This document shows positions 1 to 9,065 of a stretch of DNA of 64,000 nt, one piece after another. Under the pieces are notes generated by a model. That model searched no databases. It was given only the letters and a program-made list of their open reading frames with translations, and had not been told where the DNA came from. A program made the position numbers and the translations under genes. The DNA is taken from positions 256,001 to 320,000 of the forward strand of contig OZ220480.1 in NCBI GenBank assembly GCA_965116025.1. Direction: 5' to 3'. This DNA comes from an uncultured candidatus Porisulfidus sp. (lineage in GTDB: Bacteria; Pseudomonadota; Gammaproteobacteria; Poriferisulfidales; Poriferisulfidaceae). How positions within the stretch are numbered: position 1 is the stretch's first letter; the number at the start of each line of letters is the position of its first letter.

Positions 1-2
1 TG

Positions 3-1919
3 GAAGCGCTTCCCGTTTGGCCTTTTCCCTATGTCTTGTTTCTGACCCGACCCGATCCATGGAAACCGGAAGACAGCATTCTGTCGCTCTTCGCCATGCA
101 TTTGGTTCTCCAAGGCGGGCGCTGGAAATACGATTCCGTGGTGGGAGTCCTCCACGAGGTTTTCGGGGCGGATGTCACGGACTTCCTAGTGCCGGTAGGC
201 ACCCACCACGACGCTCCTTTGGATGACACTCCGATTCCACTATATCTCCCACGAGTGCCCGAAGCGCATGAGATTGACCTGAGATCAACCCCCTTGAATC
301 CAGAAAATATCAAGAATGTACGAATGTCGTGGGAAACCCCCGGAAGCAACGCTTTCGCTGTTAGTGGCGACCTGAGCTCTCACGACAGCGCTTTATTGGC
401 CAACGATATGCATCTGGTATTGCTGGTGCCGAACATTTGGTATCGGATGCATTGGCAATGGAAAGAAGATGGAACGAGTCACATGGTCAGTGGCCTTACC
501 CTCCCGGGGCTGCCTTGGCTGATCGCTGGAAGCAACGGACGAATCGCTTGGGGCTTCACCAATAGCAACGTCGATAGTCAAGACTTGATCGAGCTTAGTC
601 CCGGAGATGCCTCGTTAACCACGATCAAGGAAACGTTGGAAGTCCGCTTTGGTATGGACGAGAAATTCGCTTATGAAGTTTCTCCTTGGGGGCCCGTCGT
701 CAGCGAAACATCCGAAAACCGGAAGCATGCGCTGCGCTGGGCCTCGTATTGGTTGACGGGAGACCACATCAATTTCAGCCAGATTGAAACGTCCGAAGAC
801 GCGCGTTCCGCTATTCCTTTGTTTCAGAAATCCGCGATTCCAGGGCAAAACGTGGTGATGGCGGACCATAAAGGAAATATCGCTTGGACTATCGCCGGCA
901 TCTTGCCCAAGCGCGATGGTTATAGTGGCCGAATCCCGATCGGGAGCACCGTGCCGAGCCTTCCTCCTCAGTGGCTGTCGCTCGGCGAATACCCTGTGGA
1001 GATCAATCCTCCCGGCCAACGCCTCTGGTCAGCGAACAGTCGTCATGTCGGTGGCGAGCGATTCGCCGTTCTGGGAGATGGCCGCTACACATCCGGGATG
1101 CGAGCTCGGCAGATTCGAAACCGTCTGAGAGAGCAAGAAACGTTTCGCGAATCCGACTTGCTGGCTATACAACGTGACAACCGGGCGGAATATTTGGATG
1201 AGTGGTATCCCAGGATCGAGCGCGCGATGAACCAGCCCAGCGTCACCCCTTTGGTGAAGCGCCACCGCATTCGCGAATGGCTGGAAAAATGGAACGGGCG
1301 AAGCGATGCTGACAGCGTCGGCTACCGAATCATGCGCAACTTTCGAAAGCGCTCCCACGAACTCTTCCTACTGGCGCTTCAGACCCGGCTAAGCATGGCT
1401 CCGGATCGTCATGTCCGGCACATCCGATGGCAGCTGGATGGCCCCCTGACCCGCATCTTGGATAGCGAAGCGCAGAATTTCCTGCCCAAAGGCATGCGGA
1501 CTTGGGATGAGTTTTTGGCTTTGGCGCTCGAATTAACGATCAAGGGCATGACGAAAGACGGGCGTGAGGATATGGCCGACGCGACTTGGGGGGCGCACAA
1601 CTATGCTCGAATACGCCACCCTCTGTCCCATATTCTGCCGTTTTTGAGTGGCTTTCTGGACGCGCCACCATCCCCTTTATCTGGCGATCTCAACCTTCCT
1701 CGCGTTGAGCATCGAGCGTTCGGCGCATCGCATCGCACGGTCGTCTCCCCCGGCCGGGAGGAGAGGGCCATCATGAACATGCCAACTGGACAGTCGGGGC
1801 ATCCTCTGTCCCCGTTCTACAATGCGGGCCATATGGATTGGCTGGAAGGGAAGCCCAGCCCATTCCTGCCAGGACCGGCGGTAACCACGCTGACGTTGGC
1901 GCCATCATTAGAACACTGA
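3..1919 (+). CDS. Penicillin acylase family (Ntn-hydrolase) protein, 5'-truncated by the window edge
   Basis: Frame is open to the window edge. It has the beta-subunit N-terminal motif [10 protein letters not shown], plus [15 protein letters not shown] and C-terminal [13 protein letters not shown]. Confidence 0.9.
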   Translation, partial: EALPVWPFPYVLFLTRPDPWKPEDSILSLFAMHLVLQGGRWKYDSVVGVLHEVFGADVTDFLVPVGTHHDAPLDDTPIPLYLPRVPEAHEIDLRSTPLNPENIKNVRMSWETPGSNAFAVSGDLSSHDSALLANDMHLVLLVPNIWYRMHWQWKEDGTSHMVSGLTLPGLPWLIAGSNGRIAWGFTNSNVDSQDLIELSPGDASLTTIKETLEVRFGMDEKFAYEVSPWGPVVSETSENRKHALRWASYWLTGDHINFSQIETSEDARSAIPLFQKSAIPGQNVVMADHKGNIAWTIAGILPKRDGYSGRIPIGSTVPSLPPQWLSLGEYPVEINPPGQRLWSANSRHVGGERFAVLGDGRYTSGMRARQIRNRLREQETFRESDLLAIQRDNRAEYLDEWYPRIERAMNQPSVTPLVKRHRIREWLEKWNGRSDADSVGYRIMRNFRKRSHELFLLALQTRLSMAPDRHVRHIRWQLDGPLTRILDSEAQNFLPKGMRTWDEFLALALELTIKGMTKDGREDMADATWGAHNYARIRHPLSHILPFLSGFLDAPPSPLSGDLNLPRVEHRAFGASHRTVVSPGREERAIMNMPTGQSGHPLSPFYNAGHMDWLEGKPSPFLPGPAVTTLTLAPSLEH

Positions 1920-2723
1920 CGACCCCAGCTCGTTGATGGCCTGAAGCATCTCCGGGTCATCTGTCAGCGCTTGGGACACCGCGCTCGCGCAAGCGATCGC
2001 CGGATCCACTCCCGAATGGATCAGTTTCCCCGCGTGAACCAACAATCGAGTGCTGGCCCCTTCATCTAGGCCGTTTCCTTTCAGGTTGCGGGTCATTTCA
2101 GCGAATTTGACGAGATGCCGCGCCGTTTCGGGATCCACCGATGTCTCCCGGATGACGATCTTTGACTCGATTTCCGCTCGGGGATAGTCGAATTCAAGAG
2201 CCACGAAACGCTGTCTAGTGCTTTGTTTGAGATCTTTGAGGACGCTTTGATAGCCGGGATTATAGGAGATCGCCATGCAGAATTCCTCGGGGGCCTCCAA
2301 TAACTCCCCATGCTTTTCCATAGGCAAGACGCGTCGGTCATCGCACAGGGGGTGGATCACGACCGTGGTGTCCTTGCGCGCCTCCACCACTTCGTCAAGA
2401 TAGCAAATGCTTCCCGAGCGCACGGCTCGAGACAAAGGACCGTCCACCCATACCGTCTCGCCTCCGGCGATTAGGTAGCGTCCCACCAAGTCGGAAGATG
2501 TCAGGTCGTCATGGCATGACACCGTGATCAATGGCCGCTTGAGTCGCCATGCCATGTATTCCATGAAACGGGTTTTCCCGCAACCGGTCGGACCTTTGAG
2601 GAGGATTGGTAACTGATTCTTCCAAGCTGCCTCAAAAATTTCCACTTCCGATTTGATCGGCTCGTAGTAGGGCTCTCTTTCAACCGTATATTCTTCCGGT
2701 TTCAATGTGCGCGCTTGAGTCAT
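1908..2723 (-). CDS. cbbQ: CbbQ/NirQ/NorQ family MoxR-like AAA+ ATPase
   Basis: EPYYEP N-terminus, Walker [26 protein letters not shown], Walker [34 protein letters not shown] and [11 protein letters not shown]. Confidence 0.85.
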   Translation of the reverse strand: MTQARTLKPEEYTVEREPYYEPIKSEVEIFEAAWKNQLPILLKGPTGCGKTRFMEYMAWRLKRPLITVSCHDDLTSSDLVGRYLIAGGETVWVDGPLSRAVRSGSICYLDEVVEARKDTTVVIHPLCDDRRVLPMEKHGELLEAPEEFCMAISYNPGYQSVLKDLKQSTRQRFVALEFDYPRAEIESKIVIRETSVDPETARHLVKFAEMTRNLKGNGLDEGASTRLLVHAGKLIHSGVDPAIACASAVSQALTDDPEMLQAINELGSSVF

Positions 2724-3201
2724 ACTGAATCCATGCTGAGTACGCGCCCATTGTGGGAGCGACGATGCGAACTGTCAACCTGAATTAACAGCGGATGGAG
2801 GCGCGGACGGCCGCGAAGCCATCAGGAATTTCCACGAAAACGGGCTAGGGGTCTGATACAGCATTCGGCCTCACGCCCAGCAACCTCAGTGCCTCGCTCC
2901 ATAGCGCGTTGGTCGGGTCATCGATTCGAAAACGGATTGCCTGATATGCGTGGTTCGTACCGATTTCGGGGGACGGTATCAGAGTTCTGAACAAGTTGGG
3001 AAGCTGTGCCAGCGAGGTGCGCCGCGCCCTCGACATTCATTTTTTCCTTTGTGCCTTTTGTGGTGGATTGGCGGGCATCGCGCGCGAACCATCTCATATC
3101 GCTCCCTTGCGGGAAGTCAGCAGGCACAGGTTGGTGAGCAGAGCGAGAATTCATAGATACCACGATATATTGGGTAGGACAGGCCATCGAACTACTACAT
3201 A

Positions 3202-3229
3202 TTGCATTTTCTTTTTTCTGTGCCATAAT
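3202..3229 (+). promoter_or_regulatory. Putative sigma70 promoter of the expressed porin gene
   Basis: TTGCAT (3202-3207), 16 bp spacer, TGn-CATAAT (3224-3229) in an AT-rich intergenic region. RBS AGGAG lies just upstream of ATG 3319. Confidence 0.6.
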
Positions 3230-3318
3230 TCCGCCCACGGAAACGGGATGAATAGCTGGATTCTCCAAATCAGGTTAATCCCAATCTCGTAGGCCAATTA
3301 ACTTTCAGGAGTCAAAAA

Positions 3319-5226
3319 ATGAAAAAACCATTTCTAATCCCATTGACGCTGCTGGCGGCGTCGCTGTCGGCGCTGTCGCTGTCGGCGCGGGCGGAGACGA
3401 TCAACCTGTACGGGTGGCAGAACCACTCGTGGGAGTTCGTGGACATCGACGGCGGGCGCAGCTTCGACCGCATCCAGTCGAACGCCGGGAACATCGGCTT
3501 CTCGGCCAGCGTGGACACCGGCATGAGCGACATAAAGGTGAACCTGCAGTGCGAGCAGTTCACCTACTACAACCACTTCGCCGGCGGCACCGGCTGGTGC
3601 AACCGCAACTCCAAGATCGGGCTGGCGCACCCGATGGCCGGCGAGATCATGTTCGCCACCTGGCTGCTGCCGTACAACGAGGGCGTGGCCCAGTGGGTGG
3701 ACCCGTTCTACGACGCCGGGGCCGACTCGCACACCAGCATCATGGGCTCGGTCGGGGCCAACACCATCTTCTACAACACCGGCGACTTCGACCAGCAGGC
3801 GTCGGCGTCGGGGCCGGCGACCGGCTTCTCCGGGGCGGAGTTCAACTACGCCGGGGCCGGCTACGACACCGGCTTCAACCGGCGCCAGGAGAACATCATC
3901 CAGTACTGGTCGCCGAACTGGAACGGCTTCGTGTTCCGCTTCGCCTGGACGGCCGGCAACCGCGACGAGACGATGGCGCCGACCGGCGGCGGGAAGATCG
4001 ACCCGGTGATCCGCTCGAGCAGCCTGGCGTACACGAACGGCCCGCTGTGGCTGGCGGCGACCTGGCAGGACCACGAGGACTGGACGGCGGTCTCGGTCGG
4101 GGAGATGGAGAGCTCGGACGCGGAGAGCTTCCGTCTGGCCGGGCGCTACATCATGGACCTGGGCGATGGTATGAGCGTGCAGCTGTCGGCCATGTGGGAG
4201 ACTTTGGAGTACGAGTTCCACGGCGTGACCACGGTCGAGAAGGCGATGGCGGCGTTCGGCTACGGGAACTTCGCGTCCTCCTACGCCGAGCCGATCTACG
4301 CCATGGATGCGGCCACCAAGAAGGTGGACGAGACGGTCATGGACCCCACCCAGGCCGAGATCGACGCGCAGATGACCCGCGGGGCGGCGCTCGAGTTCCT
4401 CACGGATGAGAAAGGGATCCTGCGGCCTGTCGCTCATAACGTAGCAACTGCAAGGATTTTCGGCGGTTCGATCTTACAAAACACTGTAACTATGGCTTTA
4501 TACAATACGCTGATCACGAACGCGCAAGGGGAGCTGACCGGCTGGACGGCTATAACCGACCGTACAATGGTTAGCACCACCACAGTTCATGGCGAGTATG
4601 AGGCATTCCTCACCACTGATACTGCCAAAACCGCTGTTCGAACGGGAAATTTTAAAGAGGTGTTGCGCAAGCAGTCGTTCTACACCACCCGGTTGACCTC
4701 CACGGAGCTCACGGCTCTGAAGCTACCCGATAAAGTTGTCTCAGGAGCGGATACCGGTGCGGTGGTTGGCGACAAATGGCTCTACGACAACATCGTGAAG
4801 CACGCGACGGCTGAGGCCAAGAAAATGAAGAAGACGGACAAGGAGGCGGAGATGAAGGCCGTGGAGGACGCGCGGATGAAGAAGAGCATGGGCTCCAATG
4901 TCAAGATCGAGCGGGACGCCTGGATGGTGTCGGGCAAGATCAAGTTCGGCGGCCCGCTGGACTTCCGCTTCTCCTACATGGACGCCGACGACCTGGAGCT
5001 GTCATGCAACTACTGCATGGGAGACTGGGACGAGACGGCGGCGGACGCCTGGAACGTGGGGGTGTTCTACACGATGCCGGCGGGAACCGAGCTGCGGCTG
5101 ACGTATTCGGAAGTCAACAACGACGACAACGGGACCTACGGGCAGGGCATCTCGGGAACTGGGCTGGGGACGGCTGGCGCGGAGATCGAGATGTTCGCGC
5201 TGGGGATCGTGCACTGGTTCGACTGA
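3319..5226 (+). CDS. Gram-negative porin with a large variable insertion (expression-site copy)
   Basis: Signal peptide MKKPFLIPLTLLAASLSALSLSARA, INLYG first strand, NRNSKIGL, RQENIIQYWSPNWNGF and C-terminal ALGIVHWFD. About 230 aa are inserted between ETLEYEF and KIERDAW. Confidence 0.9.
   Translation: MKKPFLIPLTLLAASLSALSLSARAETINLYGWQNHSWEFVDIDGGRSFDRIQSNAGNIGFSASVDTGMSDIKVNLQCEQFTYYNHFAGGTGWCNRNSKIGLAHPMAGEIMFATWLLPYNEGVAQWVDPFYDAGADSHTSIMGSVGANTIFYNTGDFDQQASASGPATGFSGAEFNYAGAGYDTGFNRRQENIIQYWSPNWNGFVFRFAWTAGNRDETMAPTGGGKIDPVIRSSSLAYTNGPLWLAATWQDHEDWTAVSVGEMESSDAESFRLAGRYIMDLGDGMSVQLSAMWETLEYEFHGVTTVEKAMAAFGYGNFASSYAEPIYAMDAATKKVDETVMDPTQAEIDAQMTRGAALEFLTDEKGILRPVAHNVATARIFGGSILQNTVTMALYNTLITNAQGELTGWTAITDRTMVSTTTVHGEYEAFLTTDTAKTAVRTGNFKEVLRKQSFYTTRLTSTELTALKLPDKVVSGADTGAVVGDKWLYDNIVKHATAEAKKMKKTDKEAEMKAVEDARMKKSMGSNVKIERDAWMVSGKIKFGGPLDFRFSYMDADDLELSCNYCMGDWDETAADAWNVGVFYTMPAGTELRLTYSEVNNDDNGTYGQGISGTGLGTAGAEIEMFALGIVHWFD
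3327..4383. repeat. 1057-bp inverted repeat, left arm (porin 5' conserved region)
   Basis: Reverse complement of 6673-7729. The end-point sums agree (3327+7729 = 4383+6673) and the translations are identical. No mismatch was seen by eye. Confidence 0.9.
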
Positions 5227-5248
5227 CCCTTCGTCATTCACGACAACG

Positions 5249-5278
5249 AGCGGGCGCCTTCGGGCGCCCGCTTTCTTT
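5249..5278 (+). terminator. Rho-independent terminator of porin copy 1
   Basis: AGCGGGCGCC-TTCG-GGCGCCCGCT hairpin followed by TTCTTT. Confidence 0.85.
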
Positions 5279-5775
5279 GGGCCCGGCGCTTCGCGGCCAG
5301 ACCGGGAGTCGGGCCAGCGCCGGCGGCGCGAGGCCTGGTTCCGACGCGCCCGCCACGCGCTCGGAAGGCGATCCGCTCGCGGCAGACCGGATTGGGATGA
5401 CCCGATCCACCACAAGGTGGTGCGGTGGACCGAGAATTCTTGATATCGCTTGGATCTAAGAGACGCGGTGAGAAATCGGAGGGCGTGGATCGGCGCGCGT
5501 CTCGAGGAGGAAAGGGAGTGAGAGGTCCGTCGTCCTTGATCAAGCAGACTTCCCGCGCGGCGACGAACAGGGGTCAGCCTATCGATCCTTGGAACTATCG
5601 AGTTTCCGATCTTTGACGAAAGCCTGAAACCGGAATTTCCCGCACAGCTTCCGTGGCATCACTCCAAGCGCCCGCGCGACCGCCCGAAGCGGGTCTGTCT
5701 CGATCTTGCAATGGTCATCAACACGGACTCACCTCGTAGCCTTCGCGGCAGACCGGCCAGGAATTCCTGAGCCCA

Positions 5776-5805
5776 TAAGAAAGCGGGCGCCCGAAGGCGC
5801 CCGCT
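5776..5805 (-). terminator. Rho-independent terminator of porin copy 2
   Basis: The same AGCGGGCGCC-TTCG-GGCGCCCGCT hairpin on the minus strand, followed by TTCTTA. Confidence 0.85.
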
Positions 5806-5829
5806 CATTGCCGTGAGTGACCCAACGGG

Positions 5830-7729
5830 TCAGTCGAACCAGTGCACGATCCCCAGCGCGAACATCTCGATCTCCGCGCCAGCCGTCCCCAGGCCGGTCC
5901 CCGAGATGCCCTGCCCGTAGGTCCCGTTGTCGTCGTTGTTGACTTCCGAGTACGTCAGCCGCAACTCGGTTCCCGCCGGCATCGTGTAGAACACCCCGAC
6001 GTTCCAGGCGTCCGCCGCCGTCTCGTCCCAGTCTCCCATGCAGTAGTTGCATGACAGCTCCAGGTCGTCGGCGTCCATGTAGGAGAAGCGGAAGTCCAGC
6101 GGGCCGCCGAACTTGATCTTGCCCGACACCATCCAGGCGTCCCGCTCGATCTTCACGTTCGAGCCCATGCTCTTGGCCATCCGGGCGTCCTCCACCTTCT
6201 TCATCTCCGCCTCCTTGTCCATCTGCTTTTTCGTTTTGGCATTTTTCTTCGCCGCGTTCATGATCGCCGTGTACAGCGCAGGGTCGCCAAACACTTTCTG
6301 AGTCGCCCCGGATGAGGCGATCGCGCTCGTCGCGAGACCCAGCTTCAGGACCGTGAGCTCGGTGGAGGTCAGCCGGGTGGTCCAGAACGGCTGCGACTGG
6401 CGATGCTTCACGGGATCCACGGTGTAGATGAGAGCCGAAGTTTGATGCGCGTTCTTACTGACGACGGTACTAAGATACTGCCGGTACTCCCCTATGACCG
6501 TAGTCGTTGGTAGGGCAACGCTGGGATCTATTTCTCCGAACGTCCACTCGGCGGGCTTGTTGGGAGCGGCCGTAGTTACTATTGTCTGGCCTAGAGCGGT
6601 AGCTATGTAATTGTTTGCATTATTGTCCCTTATCTCGTGTCCCCGGTCATCCGTGAGCAGCTGGATGGCGAGCCCGCGGGTCATCTGCGCGTCGATCTCG
6701 GCCTGGGTGGGGTCCATGACCGTCTCGTCCACCTTCTTGGTGGCCGCATCCATGGCGTAGATCGGCTCGGCGTAGGAGGACGCGAAGTTCCCGTAGCCGA
6801 ACGCCGCCATCGCCTTCTCGACCGTGGTCACGCCGTGGAACTCGTACTCCAAAGTCTCCCACATGGCCGACAGCTGCACGCTCATACCATCGCCCAGGTC
6901 CATGATGTAGCGCCCGGCCAGACGGAAGCTCTCCGCGTCCGAGCTCTCCATCTCCCCGACCGAGACCGCCGTCCAGTCCTCGTGGTCCTGCCAGGTCGCC
7001 GCCAGCCACAGCGGGCCGTTCGTGTACGCCAGGCTGCTCGAGCGGATCACCGGGTCGATCTTCCCGCCGCCGGTCGGCGCCATCGTCTCGTCGCGGTTGC
7101 CGGCCGTCCAGGCGAAGCGGAACACGAAGCCGTTCCAGTTCGGCGACCAGTACTGGATGATGTTCTCCTGGCGCCGGTTGAAGCCGGTGTCGTAGCCGGC
7201 CCCGGCGTAGTTGAACTCCGCCCCGGAGAAGCCGGTCGCCGGCCCCGACGCCGACGCCTGCTGGTCGAAGTCGCCGGTGTTGTAGAAGATGGTGTTGGCC
7301 CCGACCGAGCCCATGATGCTGGTGTGCGAGTCGGCCCCGGCGTCGTAGAACGGGTCCACCCACTGGGCCACGCCCTCGTTGTACGGCAGCAGCCAGGTGG
7401 CGAACATGATCTCGCCGGCCATCGGGTGCGCCAGCCCGATCTTGGAGTTGCGGTTGCACCAGCCGGTGCCGCCGGCGAAGTGGTTGTAGTAGGTGAACTG
7501 CTCGCACTGCAGGTTCACCTTTATGTCGCTCATGCCGGTGTCCACGCTGGCCGAGAAGCCGATGTTCCCGGCGTTCGACTGGATGCGGTCGAAGCTGCGC
7601 CCGCCGTCGATGTCCACGAACTCCCACGAGTGGTTCTGCCACCCGTACAGGTTGATCGTCTCCGCCCGCGCCGACAGCGACAGCGCCGACAGCGACGCCG
7701 CCAGCAGCGTCAATGGGATTAGAAATGGT
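5830..7729 (-). pseudogene. Silent porin cassette: intact frame, but lacks ATG-AAA-AAA, RBS and promoter; different variable region
   Basis: Identity to copy 1 starts one base before codon 4 (PFLIPL...). The upstream sequence is unrelated and overlaps the divergent ispB upstream region. The C-terminal barrel sequence is identical to copy 1 at protein level. Confidence 0.8.
6673..7729. repeat. 1057-bp inverted repeat, right arm
   Basis: Reverse complement of 3327-4383. Confidence 0.9.
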
Positions 7730-7948
7730 ATCCCTTCGAAATCCCAATCCCGCCGAGAACCATGATGACCATGCGCCCCAAGACTCCGCCCAAGAGACCG
7801 TGGAAACCGAAATCCACCGATCCCCGGAGCATGGGAAACGGAACCCGAAAAAGCTCGCCTGCCTGCCCGTATCATATAATCGCCGCGTCACCATGACATC
7901 CCATCTTTCCCGCTTCGCGCAGGCTGGGATCGGACATCCTTACCCCGC

Positions 7949-8923
7949 ATGACCTTGGACCAAATCCGCTTGATGATCGCCGATGACCTCGACGCGGTCG
8001 ACTCCCTGTTGCGCGAGCGGTCTCGCTCGGAGGTAAGCTTGGCGGACCAAGTCGCTCGCTACATCATCGAGGGAGGCGGAAAACGCCTAAGAGCCGTCCT
8101 GGCGCTCCTTTGCGGGCGCGCGTTGGGAGGGTTGCGCCATCCAGACGAGTCCTTCAGGCTAGCCGCGGTGATCGAGCTCATCCATACCGCCACCCTGCTG
8201 CACGACGACGTGGTCGACGATTCGGAGATCCGCCGCGGCCGAGCGACCGCGAATAAGGTCTGGGGCAATGAGGCCAGCGTGCTCGGTGGCGATTTCTTCT
8301 ATTCCCGAGCTTTCGGCATGATCGCCGACATCAACCGCCCCGAGGTCACCCGGATCTTGGCCGACGCGTCCAGCGCGATCGTGGAAGGCGAATTGCTGGA
8401 GCTGATGCATGCCGGACAGACGGAAATGGACGAGGCGCGATACCTGACCATCATCGAGGGCAAGACGGCCAAGCTGTTTCAGGCGTCCTGCGAGGCTTCC
8501 GCGCGGATTGAGGGAGCGGATGGCGAGCGCGTCCGGGAATTGGCCGACTTTGGCCGGTTGCTCGGCGCGGCCTTCCAGATCGCGGACGATGGAATCGACT
8601 ATCTGGAAGACAACCCGGAAGCGAACAAAAGCGTCGGCGACGACCTCGCCGGTGGCCGTCTGACCCTACCGTACATCTATGCCTTGCGCGAAGCTCCAGA
8701 GGAAGACCGGCAGTTCCTTCGCCATGCGATCCGATCTGGACAGCGCGAGCGCATTGGAGACGTATGCGCGATCATGCGCCGCTCTGGAGCGATCGGACAT
8801 GCTTGGGAACGAGCGCGGGAGTTCGCGCGACGCGCGCGGGAGCGCCTGCACGGTCTGGAGCCCTCGGAATGGCGTGACGCGCTGGACGGCGTGGTCGAGT
8901 TCTCGGTCTCCCGAAGGTATTGA
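7949..8923 (+). CDS. ispB: Octaprenyl (polyprenyl) diphosphate synthase
   Basis: GGKRLR, ELIHTATLLHDDVVD..RRG, GKTAKLF and AFQIADD. Confidence 0.92.
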   Translation: MTLDQIRLMIADDLDAVDSLLRERSRSEVSLADQVARYIIEGGGKRLRAVLALLCGRALGGLRHPDESFRLAAVIELIHTATLLHDDVVDDSEIRRGRATANKVWGNEASVLGGDFFYSRAFGMIADINRPEVTRILADASSAIVEGELLELMHAGQTEMDEARYLTIIEGKTAKLFQASCEASARIEGADGERVRELADFGRLLGAAFQIADDGIDYLEDNPEANKSVGDDLAGGRLTLPYIYALREAPEEDRQFLRHAIRSGQRERIGDVCAIMRRSGAIGHAWERAREFARRARERLHGLEPSEWRDALDGVVEFSVSRRY

Positions 8924-9065
8924 AGTCGTGTCGATCCGATCCGGACCCACCACGCTCCTCCGCTTTCGATACGGATACCCACTTCACCCTACCCGGAATC
9001 CCCACGGAATTTCATACCATCGTCACATTTGGGCAGAATACTGACTTCTCGCTCTCGCACGCGGC

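Noticed and set aside
4384-6672. Diversity-generating retroelement (VR/TR pair) explaining the porin variation
   Set aside because: There is no reverse transcriptase in the window. The differences are not adenine-specific and include indels over about 450 bp.
3327-7729. Pure assembly fold-back artefact
   Set aside because: The arms enclose two different in-frame variable regions, synonymous SNPs in the 3' arms and a unique spacer. Collapse of SNPs within the 5' arm cannot be excluded without reads.
7730-7875. N-terminal extension (MIRAGRRAFSG...) that would make porin copy 2 a complete 681-aa gene
   Set aside because: It has no RBS and no signal-peptide character, and homology to copy 1 stops abruptly at 7729. 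The ATG overlaps a TATAAT box (7875-7880) facing ispB. It is treated as a chance open frame.
3334-7894. Long alternative-frame and antisense ORFs over the porins (e.g. 3334-4437, 3414-4409, 6637-7722, 6647-7894)
   Set aside because: These are R/G/P-rich shadow ORFs caused by extreme GC3 bias. The same applies to most overlapping ORFs in the track, such as 9746-11149, 35772-37634, 38769-40289 and 44392-46059.
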